From: Candidatus Karelsulcia muelleri
GTDB lineage: Bacteria; Bacteroidota; Bacteroidia; Flavobacteriales; Blattabacteriaceae
Reading direction: 5' to 3'
Assembly (NCBI RefSeq): GCF_016888765.1
Contig: NZ_CP069423.1
Coordinates: 30,001 to 62,000, forward strand
Length of the DNA stretch: 32,000 nucleotides
A program made the position numbers and the translations under genes. The first letter of the stretch is position 1. Each line of letters opens with the position of its first letter. Positions 9,415 to 18,768 of this stretch are shown here, one piece after another. Under the pieces are notes generated by a model that worked only from the letters and a program-made list of their open reading frames with translations, made no database searches and was not told the DNA's origin.

Positions 9415-9488
9415 CGGTCTGAACGGGATTCGAACCCGTGACCTCATGCGTGACAAGCACGTATTCTAACCTTCTGAACTACCAGACC
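9415..9488 (-). tRNA. tRNA-Asp (anticodon GUC)
   Basis: Reverse complement: acceptor GGTCTGG/TCAGACC plus G; anticodon stem CGTGC/GCATG with loop TTGTCAC; T arm ACGGG-TTCGAAT-CCCGT. Confidence 0.92.
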
Positions 9489-9548
9489 TAATATTTAGGT
9501 ATTTTTTTTAATAATAATTAATAATATTATTATATAGTATTTATATTA

Positions 9549-12500
9549 TCAATTAAGATTTAAGCTTTGGATAGCTATTATTTTATAGAAAGATTTTTGT
9601 AAATAATTCTTTTTAATGATTAAATCTATAATCAAAACATTGTTTAATTTAATCTGTTTGTTATAAACAGAATAATTTCTTCCAATTAACAAAAAGTTTA
9701 CAACATCTGATTGATCCTCAATTGTAAATAATAAATATTTTCTATTATTTAGAGATTTCTTTATTTCTATATGAGAAACCATTCCACAAATAGTAAATTT
9801 AGTTTCACTTGTTTTTTGTTTTAGTTTTTTTATATTTAAATCGGTAATTTTTTTTATCTGTTTTTTATATTTCTCTATGGGATGAGAAAATAGATAAAAA
9901 CCTAAAACCTCTTTTTCATTATTTAGTTTTTCTAAATGATTCCATTTTATACAGTTTTTAAAATTAGGTTCTAATATATCTATATCACATATATTATTAA
10001 ATAATGTACTTTTTATATGTTTCTTTAAGTTTTGGTATTTTATACCAAATTTTATTATTTTTTCAATCATATTACTATGATTGTTTTTATCTTTTACAAA
10101 ATACTGTGCTCTATGAATTTCTTTGAAGACATCAAAGGCTCCAGAAAGAACTAAATTTTCTAAGACTTTTTTGTTAACTAATCTTAAATTAACATATTTT
10201 ACAATCTGGAAAATTGAAGTAAATTTTTTTATCTTTTTTCTATATTTTAAAATATTTTTTATAGAAGTCTTTCCTATTCCTTTAATCGCACATAATCCAT
10301 ATCTTATGGATTTGTTTTTACTTACTCCAAATTTATAATTGCTTAAATTTATATTCGGTCTTAAAATTTTTAAGCCCATACTTTGACACTCTTTTATTAA
10401 GAAAGAAATTTCTTTTATATTTTGCATGTTATGACTTAAAACAGATGACATATATTCAACCGGGAAATGACTCTTCAAATAACCTGTTTGAAATGATAAA
10501 AAAGTATAACTGGCTGAATGAGATTTATTAAAGGCATAAGAGGCGAAATTTTCCCAAGCATCCCAAATATTATATAATATCTGTTTAAAATGACCTTTTT
10601 TAATTCCTCCTTCTATAAATCTATCTTTCATTGAATCTAATAGATCTTTATTTTTTTTAGAAATGGCTTGTCTTAAGATATCAGCTTCAGCTTTATTAAA
10701 ATTGGAAACTTTTTGTGTTATAAGCATTACTTGCTCTTGATAAATAATTATACCTTTAGTTTCCTTTAAATATTCTTCTAATTCTGCTAATTCATATTTA
10801 ACTGGTTGGATGCCGTTTTTTCTATCTATATAATTAGATAAGTTTTTAAATGGACCAGGACGATACAAAGCAGTCATTATTATTAAATCATCAAAATGCC
10901 TTGGCTTTAATTTCTTTAAATTTTTTTGTATTCCTGATGATTCATATTGAAACACTGCTGTGGTTTTTCCACTTTGAAATAATGAGAAAGTTTTTTCATC
11001 TGTAAGAGAAATATCATTTAGATCGTATATATTATATTTCTCTTTATTAATTATCTTTAAAGCATCTTTTATTATACTTAAAGTTTTTAACCCTAATAAA
11101 TCTATTTTTAAGAGGCCTATTTTTTCGATTATTTTATTATCATACTGAGTTACTAAACAATTAGAAGATTTAGAAAAAATAATTGGTAAATATTCACGAA
11201 TATCATATTGAGTAATTAAAATACCACAAGCATGTATTCCGAATGTTCTTATATTTCCTTCTATTTTAAGAGCTAGATCGACTATTTTTTTTAAACATTT
11301 ATTTTTTTTAATTTCTTTTTTTATTAATAAAAGATTATTATACTCTCTATTATTTAATAGACTTATCAAGTCTTTATTTTGTTTTCGAAATAAAATTTTC
11401 AAACTCAAATTCGGAATTAATTTTGACAGGGTATTTATTTCTTTAAAAGGATAATTTAATACTCTTGCAGCATCTCTAAAAGCTGATTTTGCTCCTAAAG
11501 TTCCATATGTTATTATTTGAGACACTTTAATTCCGCTATATTTATTAATTAACCATTTAATTATTTTATCTCTTCCTTTATCATCAAAATCTATATCAAT
11601 ATCAGGTAAAATTAAGCGACTTTTATTTAAAAATCTTTCAAAAAGTAAATTGTATTTAACTGGATGTACTCTAGTTATATCTAAGCAATAAGCCACTAAA
11701 GACCCAACTACTGAACCTCTTCCTGGACCAACAAATATTCCTATTTTTCTAGCTTTTTTTATAATATCTCTTACAATTAAAAAATATCCAGGATAATTTA
11801 TTATTTCTATAAGTCTCAATTCGAAATCTAAACGATTATTTATTTTGTGAGTAAGAACTTTAAATTTTTCTTGAGCCTTTTTAAGGACGAGTTCTTTTAA
11901 ATATTTATTTTCATAATATTCTATATTTTCTTTTAAGGTATTATTAGAATGAGATTTAAGATTATGAAAATAATATTTTGGAAAATTTCTACTTTCTGCA
12001 ATTTGAAACACTTCAATCTTTGTAAAAAGTTCCTTCAAGTTTTTGAAGCCTTCTGGAAAATCAGAAAATAAATCATACATTAATGATTTGGATTTTACAT
12101 AATGTTCTTGACTCGTTAATCCCTGTTTTTCCCCAGATTTAAGACATAGTAAAATATCTTGAACTTCAGCTTCTTTTTTATTTAGATAAAAATTATTATT
12201 TTGTATAATATAACGTATATTATATATATTAGAAAACTTTAATAAAATTTTATTAATTTCATTTTCGACTTCTAACCCATGTCTAAAAAGTTCTATATAA
12301 AAATCCTTTCCAAATTCTTTTAACCACCATTTAATTTTATTCTCGGCTGCTTCAAGATCCTTATTTTTAATAAAAAAAGAAATTTCAGACTGGCTATCAC
12401 TACTTAAAGCTAGTAAATTAGATTTATATTGTTTAATTAAATTAATATTTATTATAGGTCGACCGGTATAATATCCTTCTATATAACTTAAAGAACATAA

Positions 12501-13361
12501 TTTAACTAGATTGTAATAACCTTTTAAATTTTTAGCTATTAAAACTTGATTATGATATTTCTCTTTAGAGTTATAATTATTAGCAGTAAAGAGAAAAAAT
12601 TCACAGCCAATTATAGGTTTAATGTTTAAATTAAATATTTGATTATAATTTTCTATAGTTTTTATAAATTGTACTACCCCCATCAGATTTCCATAATCAG
12701 TTAAACCAATAGCTTGCATCTTATATTTAACTATTTTTCTGACTAAAGAATCTATATCTAGAGTAGAATTTAATATCGAATACGAGGAATGATTATGTAT
12801 ATGATAATAAGATTTTTTAATCTTATTCCTTTTATCTTTTTTTTTAGAGAATATAAATTCTGTTTTAGTTGATGTGGGTGGTTGTGCTGACCAGTTTAAT
12901 TGTATTTTTTGAATATATCTTGTCTGATTAAGAATTAATTTAAAAAAACATTTAGCAGTTATTAGTACTCCATTTTTTAGTGAGGCTTTAAATAGGAAAT
13001 TATAAATTTCAGATAATTTAGGCCATCTAATCTTATTATTAGAAATACTAAAAAGCGTGATGGAAAGACTTTGTAGATCAATAATATATTGATGATTTAA
13101 TCTAGTATATATTAATATATTATCAGGAATAAACAATTCCTTATTTCTGAATTGAAGTATGAATTTTAATAAGAAATAAATATTATACCCAATAATTACT
13201 TTACTTAGTTTTATGTGATCAAGAAATTTAAGAATATACTTATTACTTTTCCCTAGTAATTTAGTGTTAAATTCTAAGATCTTAAAATCTATACTATAGA
13301 TTATCCAGGACAATCTGTTAATTAGATTATCTTTATATTCTATATTGAATATTAAAAACAT
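9549..13361 (-). CDS. dnaE: DNA polymerase III alpha subunit (DnaE) with an extra ~160-aa N-terminal exonuclease-like module
   Basis: PHP domain SYYHIHNHSSYS, polymerase core PDIDIDFDD and GRGS, C-terminal OB region, TGA stop. The ORF-track start (TTG 13436) lies inside tRNA-Val, so I take ATG 13361 (MFLIFNIEY..) as the start. Confidence 0.95.
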   Translation of the reverse strand: MFLIFNIEYKDNLINRLSWIIYSIDFKILEFNTKLLGKSNKYILKFLDHIKLSKVIIGYNIYFLLKFILQFRNKELFIPDNILIYTRLNHQYIIDLQSLSITLFSISNNKIRWPKLSEIYNFLFKASLKNGVLITAKCFFKLILNQTRYIQKIQLNWSAQPPTSTKTEFIFSKKKDKRNKIKKSYYHIHNHSSYSILNSTLDIDSLVRKIVKYKMQAIGLTDYGNLMGVVQFIKTIENYNQIFNLNIKPIIGCEFFLFTANNYNSKEKYHNQVLIAKNLKGYYNLVKLCSLSYIEGYYTGRPIININLIKQYKSNLLALSSDSQSEISFFIKNKDLEAAENKIKWWLKEFGKDFYIELFRHGLEVENEINKILLKFSNIYNIRYIIQNNNFYLNKKEAEVQDILLCLKSGEKQGLTSQEHYVKSKSLMYDLFSDFPEGFKNLKELFTKIEVFQIAESRNFPKYYFHNLKSHSNNTLKENIEYYENKYLKELVLKKAQEKFKVLTHKINNRLDFELRLIEIINYPGYFLIVRDIIKKARKIGIFVGPGRGSVVGSLVAYCLDITRVHPVKYNLLFERFLNKSRLILPDIDIDFDDKGRDKIIKWLINKYSGIKVSQIITYGTLGAKSAFRDAARVLNYPFKEINTLSKLIPNLSLKILFRKQNKDLISLLNNREYNNLLLIKKEIKKNKCLKKIVDLALKIEGNIRTFGIHACGILITQYDIREYLPIIFSKSSNCLVTQYDNKIIEKIGLLKIDLLGLKTLSIIKDALKIINKEKYNIYDLNDISLTDEKTFSLFQSGKTTAVFQYESSGIQKNLKKLKPRHFDDLIIMTALYRPGPFKNLSNYIDRKNGIQPVKYELAELEEYLKETKGIIIYQEQVMLITQKVSNFNKAEADILRQAISKKNKDLLDSMKDRFIEGGIKKGHFKQILYNIWDAWENFASYAFNKSHSASYTFLSFQTGYLKSHFPVEYMSSVLSHNMQNIKEISFLIKECQSMGLKILRPNINLSNYKFGVSKNKSIRYGLCAIKGIGKTSIKNILKYRKKIKKFTSIFQIVKYVNLRLVNKKVLENLVLSGAFDVFKEIHRAQYFVKDKNNHSNMIEKIIKFGIKYQNLKKHIKSTLFNNICDIDILEPNFKNCIKWNHLEKLNNEKEVLGFYLFSHPIEKYKKQIKKITDLNIKKLKQKTSETKFTICGMVSHIEIKKSLNNRKYLLFTIEDQSDVVNFLLIGRNYSVYNKQIKLNNVLIIDLIIKKNYLQKSFYKIIAIQSLNLN

Positions 13362-13376
13362 AATAAAAACATTATT

Positions 13377-13451
13377 TGGGTGATACTGGAGTCGAACCAG
13401 TGACCCTCTGTTTGTAAAGCAGATGCTCTGAACCAACTGAGCTAATCACCC
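13377..13451 (-). tRNA. tRNA-Val (anticodon UAC)
   Basis: Reverse complement: acceptor GGGTGAT/ATCACCC plus A; D arm GCTC-AGTTGGTTCA-GAGC; anticodon loop TTTACAA (C-A mismatch at 31-39); T arm ACTGG-TTCGACT-CCAGT. Sits 5 nt after the mnmE stop and 15 nt before the dnaE ATG. Confidence 0.9.
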
Positions 13452-13456
13452 TTATT

Positions 13457-14812
13457 TTATTTTCCTATACAAAACCTATCAAAAATATGAAATAATATTT
13501 CTTCATTAGTTATAGTCCCAATTATTTTCTCTAAACTATAATTAGCTTCTTTTAAGAGAAGAGATAAAATTTCAGGCTCAATACCTATTTTAAGCTTGGA
13601 TTTAATTTTCTTTAATTTAAAGAAAGCTTTTTTTAATTCTTCGTAATGTCTTATATTTGTAATTATTGTTTTCTTATTATTTTTTATAAAGCTTTCACTA
13701 ATACTTTTGAGTTGATTTAATAAATAATTTATTCCAATTCCATACTTGGCTGATATTAGGATTGGACTAGATTGTAGTTTTATTTTTTGTTTTAACAAAT
13801 CACATTTGTTAATAATAAATATTATTTCTTTTTTAAAGAAAGATTTATAATATTTTTGTATATGTTGATGTTTAGGATTTATCTTATTAGTTAGATACAT
13901 TATAATTTCGGATTTTTTTATGTTTTCAATTGTTTTTTTTATTCCTTTTAATTCTAATTTATTTAGAGTATTTTTTTTAATGCCAGCATTATCAATTAAT
14001 CTATATTTGATACCATCTATATAGATATTTTCTTCAATATAGTTTATGGTAGTCCCAGATTTATTAGATACTATTGATCTCTCAGCTTTTAATAAAAAAT
14101 TAAATAATGTAGATTTGCCAACATTAGGTTTACCAATTATTGCTATAGCAATCCCTTTTTTAAAAAACAGACCTAATTTAAATGAATTAATTAAATCTTT
14201 AATATGGTTTATTATATTTAATAATAAGTTATTAAAAGCTAGGATATTGTTTTTATTAATATCTTCCTCTGAAAAATCTATCCAAAATTCAAGCATAGTA
14301 TTTAGAGTTAAAATTTTTGTTCTTAGATTTTTTATAATTAGAGATACATCTCCTCTTAAATTATTTAAGGCTAAATTATGGTCTAATTTATTCTCTGAAT
14401 AAAATAATTCTAATAATGATTCTACCTGATAAAGGTCTAATTTTCCGTTTTTAAATGCTCGAAACGTAAATTCCCCCCTAGTAGCTAATCTAGCTCCATG
14501 AGTTATTATTAAATCTAATATTTTATTTTGAATATATATAGATCCATGACAAGATATTTCTATTATATCTTCTCCAGTATATGAATTTGGGGATTTGAAT
14601 ATATTTATTAATACTTTATCAATTAAAGTATTTTTTGAATATATATAACCCAAATATATTCTTCTGCTTTTTAGATTTTTTAGTTTTGGTTTAAAGATGA
14701 TATCAATTATCTTAAAACTTAATTGTCCTGAAATTCTGATAACAGCTATAGCTCCTATTCCAGGTGGAGTGGCTATAGCTGTTATAGTATCGTTATTATC
14801 TATATTAAACAT
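13457..14812 (-). CDS. mnmE: tRNA modification GTPase MnmE (TrmE)
   Basis: 451 aa. N-terminal DTITAIATPPGIGAIAVIRISG, G-domain GKPNVGKSTLFN and DNAGI, and the family-typical C-terminal ..FCIGK. Confidence 0.9.
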   Translation of the reverse strand: MFNIDNNDTITAIATPPGIGAIAVIRISGQLSFKIIDIIFKPKLKNLKSRRIYLGYIYSKNTLIDKVLINIFKSPNSYTGEDIIEISCHGSIYIQNKILDLIITHGARLATRGEFTFRAFKNGKLDLYQVESLLELFYSENKLDHNLALNNLRGDVSLIIKNLRTKILTLNTMLEFWIDFSEEDINKNNILAFNNLLLNIINHIKDLINSFKLGLFFKKGIAIAIIGKPNVGKSTLFNFLLKAERSIVSNKSGTTINYIEENIYIDGIKYRLIDNAGIKKNTLNKLELKGIKKTIENIKKSEIIMYLTNKINPKHQHIQKYYKSFFKKEIIFIINKCDLLKQKIKLQSSPILISAKYGIGINYLLNQLKSISESFIKNNKKTIITNIRHYEELKKAFFKLKKIKSKLKIGIEPEILSLLLKEANYSLEKIIGTITNEEILFHIFDRFCIGK

Positions 14813-14850
14813 TTTTTTTTCTTTAGTATTAGAAAGACCATTTTTAATGA

Positions 14851-15684
14851 TTATATTAATCTAATAATTAAGTTAATTATTTTTTCTATTTCTGATTTTA
14901 AAATCATTTCTATTGGTGTTTTGAAATATTTTATCTTTATATTTATATTTATATATATCTTTTTTCTGTTTTGAAATATTTTAATCTTTATATGATTTTT
15001 TTTACAAAAATATATTAATTCACTACCTAGAGGTTTTTTTATAAAAAAATCGAGAATTTTTAATTTGTTATTTATTAAAACACTTAAATTTACTAAGTAA
15101 TTCATGAAGTATAATTTCGTCTGCTTGGCTTTTATAAGAATAAAATTTAGTTTTTGTTTTAAACTTAAATTAAGCAATTCCCAAAGAATAAATAAACCAA
15201 TTTTATTTGTAATTTCATTACTTAATAAATATTTATTATTAAATATTGAAAACTCTTCTTGTAATACTACTTTATCTCCTAAATTAATACCTAAAGAATA
15301 GACTTCTTTTAAAGCTTTAGTTCCAATATCTATTTTAAGTTTGTTTTTTTGAGTAGGAATTAATACCCCTGGTATTAGATTACCTTTCTTATTATATATA
15401 AAGATTTTTTTATAGAATAAATACTTTCGATTTATATCAAGACCTTTATTAAGAAAGATAAAACCAGAATTAGATATATATTTAATATTCCAATAATTTT
15501 TTCTTATATAAGTTATATATATAGGGGTTAATTTAAGATTTTTTCCTAAGATATTACCATTAGGTTTTATACTAAAATAATCGCTAGCTTGTTTTATATA
15601 ATCTATAAAGATATTATTTAAGAAGGAATCATAAGTTAAAATTTTAAAAAATAAATATTCTGAGTTGGTTGTAAATTTATACAT
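14851..15684 (-). CDS. conserved-looking ORF, possibly a degenerate M42-family (YsdC/FrvX-like) peptidase homologue lacking the metal ligands
   Basis: Intact 277-aa ORF packed between mnmE and dnaB (8-nt overlap with the dnaB stop). The stretch GNLIPGVLIPTQKN..KLKIDIGTKALKEVYSLGINLGDKVVLQEEFSIFNNKYLLSNEITNKIG matches my memory of the M42 central pattern (GVIG.kPpH .. fIDIGa.s.eEa...Gi..GD.vv....f......l.aka.DnRiG). The His/Asp/Glu ligand positions are not conserved. This is a family-level recollection, not a computed alignment. Confidence 0.4.
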   Translation of the reverse strand: MYKFTTNSEYLFFKILTYDSFLNNIFIDYIKQASDYFSIKPNGNILGKNLKLTPIYITYIRKNYWNIKYISNSGFIFLNKGLDINRKYLFYKKIFIYNKKGNLIPGVLIPTQKNKLKIDIGTKALKEVYSLGINLGDKVVLQEEFSIFNNKYLLSNEITNKIGLFILWELLNLSLKQKLNFILIKAKQTKLYFMNYLVNLSVLINNKLKILDFFIKKPLGSELIYFCKKNHIKIKIFQNRKKIYININIKIKYFKTPIEMILKSEIEKIINLIIRLI

Positions 15685-17044
15685 TATCTATCTCTACAAA
15701 TTTAATTTTATCCTGAGAAAATTTCATTCTTATATTATCGATTTTTCCATTTCTATTTTTTGCTATTATTATTTCAGCTTCTCCTTGACATTCTTCTCTA
15801 TTACCAGTATCCCAATTAGTAAATCCATAATATTCTGGTCGATAAATAAAAGCTACAATATCTGCATCTTGTTCTAATGCTCCTGATTCTCGTAAATCTG
15901 AAAGAATTGGTCTTTTTCTACCTCCTCTAATTTCAACTGCTCTAGATAATTGAGATAAAGCTATGATAGGAATATTAAACTCTTTAGAAATAGCTTTCAA
16001 ATTTCTAGAGATATATGATACTTCTTGTTCTCTTTGAATATTTTTATTTTCTAGTTTCCCATAATTCATTAATTGTAAATAATCTATAATGACTAATTTT
16101 ATTTTATTTCTTAAAATTTCTCTTCTACATTTTGTACGTAATTCAAATATAGATAAATGATGAGTATCATCTAGAAATAATGGAGATTCTCCTAATACTT
16201 TGATTTTACTTTTTACAAGCTCCCATTCTGATTTAGATAAATCAGACCTTTTTAATCTTTCTGATGGAATCCCTGTTTCTGAAGAAATTAATCTAGTTAC
16301 TAGTTGAGCCGAAGACATTTCTAATGATAAAATTAAAGTTGGTATTTTAAAATTAATAACTATATTCCGAGCCATAGATAAAGCAAAAGATGTCTTTCCC
16401 ATACCAGGTCGAGCTGCAATAATTGTTAATTCTGAGTTTTGCCATCCGCAAGTAACTTTATCAAGACCTTTAAAACCAGAAGGAATTCCACTTAATTTAC
16501 CTTTCTTATCTTTAAGATTTTTTATTGTATTATTTAATAAATCGCTTATAGCTTTTGTGTTATCTTTGATATTAGTTTTATTATTAATTTCGAATAATCT
16601 TCTTTCAGCATAATCTAATAATTTAAAAACATCACTTTTTTCTTCAGAAGATAATTTAATAATATCATAAGAAGTTTCTATTAATTTTCTTAAAATAAAT
16701 TTATCTTTTATAATTTGACTATGACATTCTATATGAGCTGGAGATGCTATTCTTTGTGTTAATTGGGTTAAATAAAACTCCCCTCCAACTAGTTCTAATT
16801 TACTAGTTTTTTTTAATTCGTTAGAAACTGTATATATATCTATAGGCTCATATGAATTATATAATTTAATTATTACTTTAATAATTTCTTTATGTTTTTT
16901 TTTATAAAAAATATCTGGAGAGATGATATCAATTATCTCGTCTAAACAGTTTTGATCTATTAAGATCCCCCCGATTACAGCTTCTTCTAAATTTAAGGCT
17001 TGTGGTGGCATAATTTCTTTCTTCTTTTTTAAAAAATTACTCAT
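15677..17044 (-). CDS. dnaB: replicative DNA helicase DnaB
   Basis: 455 aa. N-terminal PPQALNLEEAVIGGILID, Walker A AARPGMGKTSFAL, IIDYLQLM, and ALSQLSRAVE..RPILSDLRESGALEQDADIV. Confidence 0.95.
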   Translation of the reverse strand: MSNFLKKKKEIMPPQALNLEEAVIGGILIDQNCLDEIIDIISPDIFYKKKHKEIIKVIIKLYNSYEPIDIYTVSNELKKTSKLELVGGEFYLTQLTQRIASPAHIECHSQIIKDKFILRKLIETSYDIIKLSSEEKSDVFKLLDYAERRLFEINNKTNIKDNTKAISDLLNNTIKNLKDKKGKLSGIPSGFKGLDKVTCGWQNSELTIIAARPGMGKTSFALSMARNIVINFKIPTLILSLEMSSAQLVTRLISSETGIPSERLKRSDLSKSEWELVKSKIKVLGESPLFLDDTHHLSIFELRTKCRREILRNKIKLVIIDYLQLMNYGKLENKNIQREQEVSYISRNLKAISKEFNIPIIALSQLSRAVEIRGGRKRPILSDLRESGALEQDADIVAFIYRPEYYGFTNWDTGNREECQGEAEIIIAKNRNGKIDNIRMKFSQDKIKFVEIDNV

Positions 17045-17122
17045 TCCTCATATTTGTTAAAAAAACGTATAAGTATAAGTATAAAGTAAAGTAGTTAATT
17101 AATTCTAATAATAAGAAACAAA

Positions 17123-17665
17123 ATGAATAACAATAATAAGAAAATTAAAAATAACAATAAAAAAAAATCCCTGTTATTAAAACTAATTAGATATATTGAA
17201 CATAGGCATATTAAACACAAAGAAAATATAATAAAATTAATGTTAAACTTTAATAAGTATAAAAAAAATAAAATTAATAAATTAATAGGCCTTATGGCTG
17301 AGTTTGAAAATTATAAAAAACGTATAGAAAAGAACAAAAAGCTAATAATAGAAACTGCTAATAAAAACTTATTATTAGAATTGCTAAGTTTAGCAGAGGA
17401 TTTTAAGAGATGCTTTAATAGCAAGAAAGATAAGGAAGGAATAAAAATAATAAATAGAAAATTATGGAACCTTTTAAAAAAAGAAGGGATAAAAAAAATC
17501 AAATCGAAAAAAGGAGATGTTTTTAATACAGATATTCATGAAGCAGTATCAATACAAACTATAAAAAAAAATGAAATGAAAGGAAAAATATTACACATAA
17601 TAGAATCAGGATATAGTTTTAAAAAAAAAATAATTAAATATACTAAAGTAATTGTAGGAAAATAA
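17123..17665 (+). CDS. grpE: nucleotide exchange factor GrpE
   Basis: 180 aa. Coiled-coil region with AEFENYKKR, and C-terminal FNTDIHEAVS..GY.. beta-domain pattern. Directly abuts dnaJ (stop 17663-17665, dnaJ ATG 17666). Confidence 0.85.
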   Translation: MNNNNKKIKNNNKKKSLLLKLIRYIEHRHIKHKENIIKLMLNFNKYKKNKINKLIGLMAEFENYKKRIEKNKKLIIETANKNLLLELLSLAEDFKRCFNSKKDKEGIKIINRKLWNLLKKEGIKKIKSKKGDVFNTDIHEAVSIQTIKKNEMKGKILHIIESGYSFKKKIIKYTKVIVGK

Positions 17666-18745
17666 ATGAAGAAAAAAGATTATTATGAAATCCTTGGAGT
17701 AAATAGAGATGCAACTCTTGATCAAATAAAAAGAGCATACAGAAAATTAGCCTTAAAATATCATCCCGATAAAAATAGAGAAAAAGAGGCTGAAGAAAAA
17801 TTCAAAGAAGCTGCAGAAGCTTATAATGTATTAAGTGATAAAAATAAGAGAAATACATACGATCAATATGGACATCAAAATTATCAAGAAAGTAATAATC
17901 TAAATATAGAAGATATATTATCTAATTTTGGAGATCTATTTAATGATACCTTAGGTGGTTTCACAGAATTTGTAGACAGATCTGAAGATACTTCAGATAG
18001 GAATAGAGGAGAAGACTTAAGAATTAAAATTAAATTAGATTTAGTGGAAATTTATAAAGGTGTTAAAAAACAAGTAAAAGTTAAACGACTTAAATGTTCC
18101 AAAAATTTAAACTTTCAAAGTTGTGATTATTGTGATGGAACAGGCAATATTAATAAATATACTAGTACTTTTTTAGGGAGAATACAAACTAGTATAACTT
18201 GTAATCACTGTTTAGGGTTAGGTAAAATAATAAAAAATATTCCACTAGGAGTAAATAATCAAGGTCTAAAGAAAGTTGAAGAATTAATAAATATTAAAAT
18301 TCCAGCTGGAGCTAGGCAGAAAATGCAACTGAGAATATTAGGTAAAGGGAATGATCCAGTTTTTGGGATTGGTGTACCAGGTGATTTAATTGTTATAGTA
18401 GAAGAACTACCACATAAAAACTTAAAAAGAGATGGGGATAATTTATCATATGATTTGTATTTATCAATCCCCAAAGCCATATTAGGAACATTTGAATATA
18501 TACCTACTATAACAGGTAAAGCCAGAGTTAAAATAGAACCAGGAATTCAACCAGGAAAAATTTTAAGATTAAAAGGAAAAGGACTCCCAAAAATCAAAGG
18601 CTTTGGAAGAGGAGACTTATTTGTCAATATAAAGATTTGGATTCCTAAAAAAATAAATAGGGAACAACGACTTGTTTTTAACAAAATTAAAAATGATCCT
18701 AATTTTATACCAAAACCTAAAAATAATAAAGAAAGAGTAAAATAA
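17666..18745 (+). CDS. dnaJ: co-chaperone DnaJ (Hsp40), with a reduced Cys-rich domain
   Basis: 359 aa. J-domain [15 protein letters not shown], two CxxCxGxG repeats ([16 protein letters not shown]), and C-terminal substrate-binding domains (GDLIV.., GDLFVNI). Confidence 0.9.
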   Translation: MKKKDYYEILGVNRDATLDQIKRAYRKLALKYHPDKNREKEAEEKFKEAAEAYNVLSDKNKRNTYDQYGHQNYQESNNLNIEDILSNFGDLFNDTLGGFTEFVDRSEDTSDRNRGEDLRIKIKLDLVEIYKGVKKQVKVKRLKCSKNLNFQSCDYCDGTGNINKYTSTFLGRIQTSITCNHCLGLGKIIKNIPLGVNNQGLKKVEELINIKIPAGARQKMQLRILGKGNDPVFGIGVPGDLIVIVEELPHKNLKRDGDNLSYDLYLSIPKAILGTFEYIPTITGKARVKIEPGIQPGKILRLKGKGLPKIKGFGRGDLFVNIKIWIPKKINREQRLVFNKIKNDPNFIPKPKNNKERVK

Positions 18746-18768
18746 ATCTAAGACTAAGACTAAGAAGA

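Noticed and set aside
13362-13436. ORF-track N-terminal extension of dnaE (MVQSICFTNRGSLVRLQYHPNNVFI, TTG start).
   Set aside because: These codons are the antisense-free reading of tRNA-Val itself (13377-13451). The G+C-rich tRNA simply lacks stop codons. The first ATG after the tRNA (13361) gives a sensible start.
14046-14402. 118-aa + strand ORF antisense to mnmE.
   Set aside because: Same antisense low-complexity artefact, lying inside the conserved G-domain region of mnmE.
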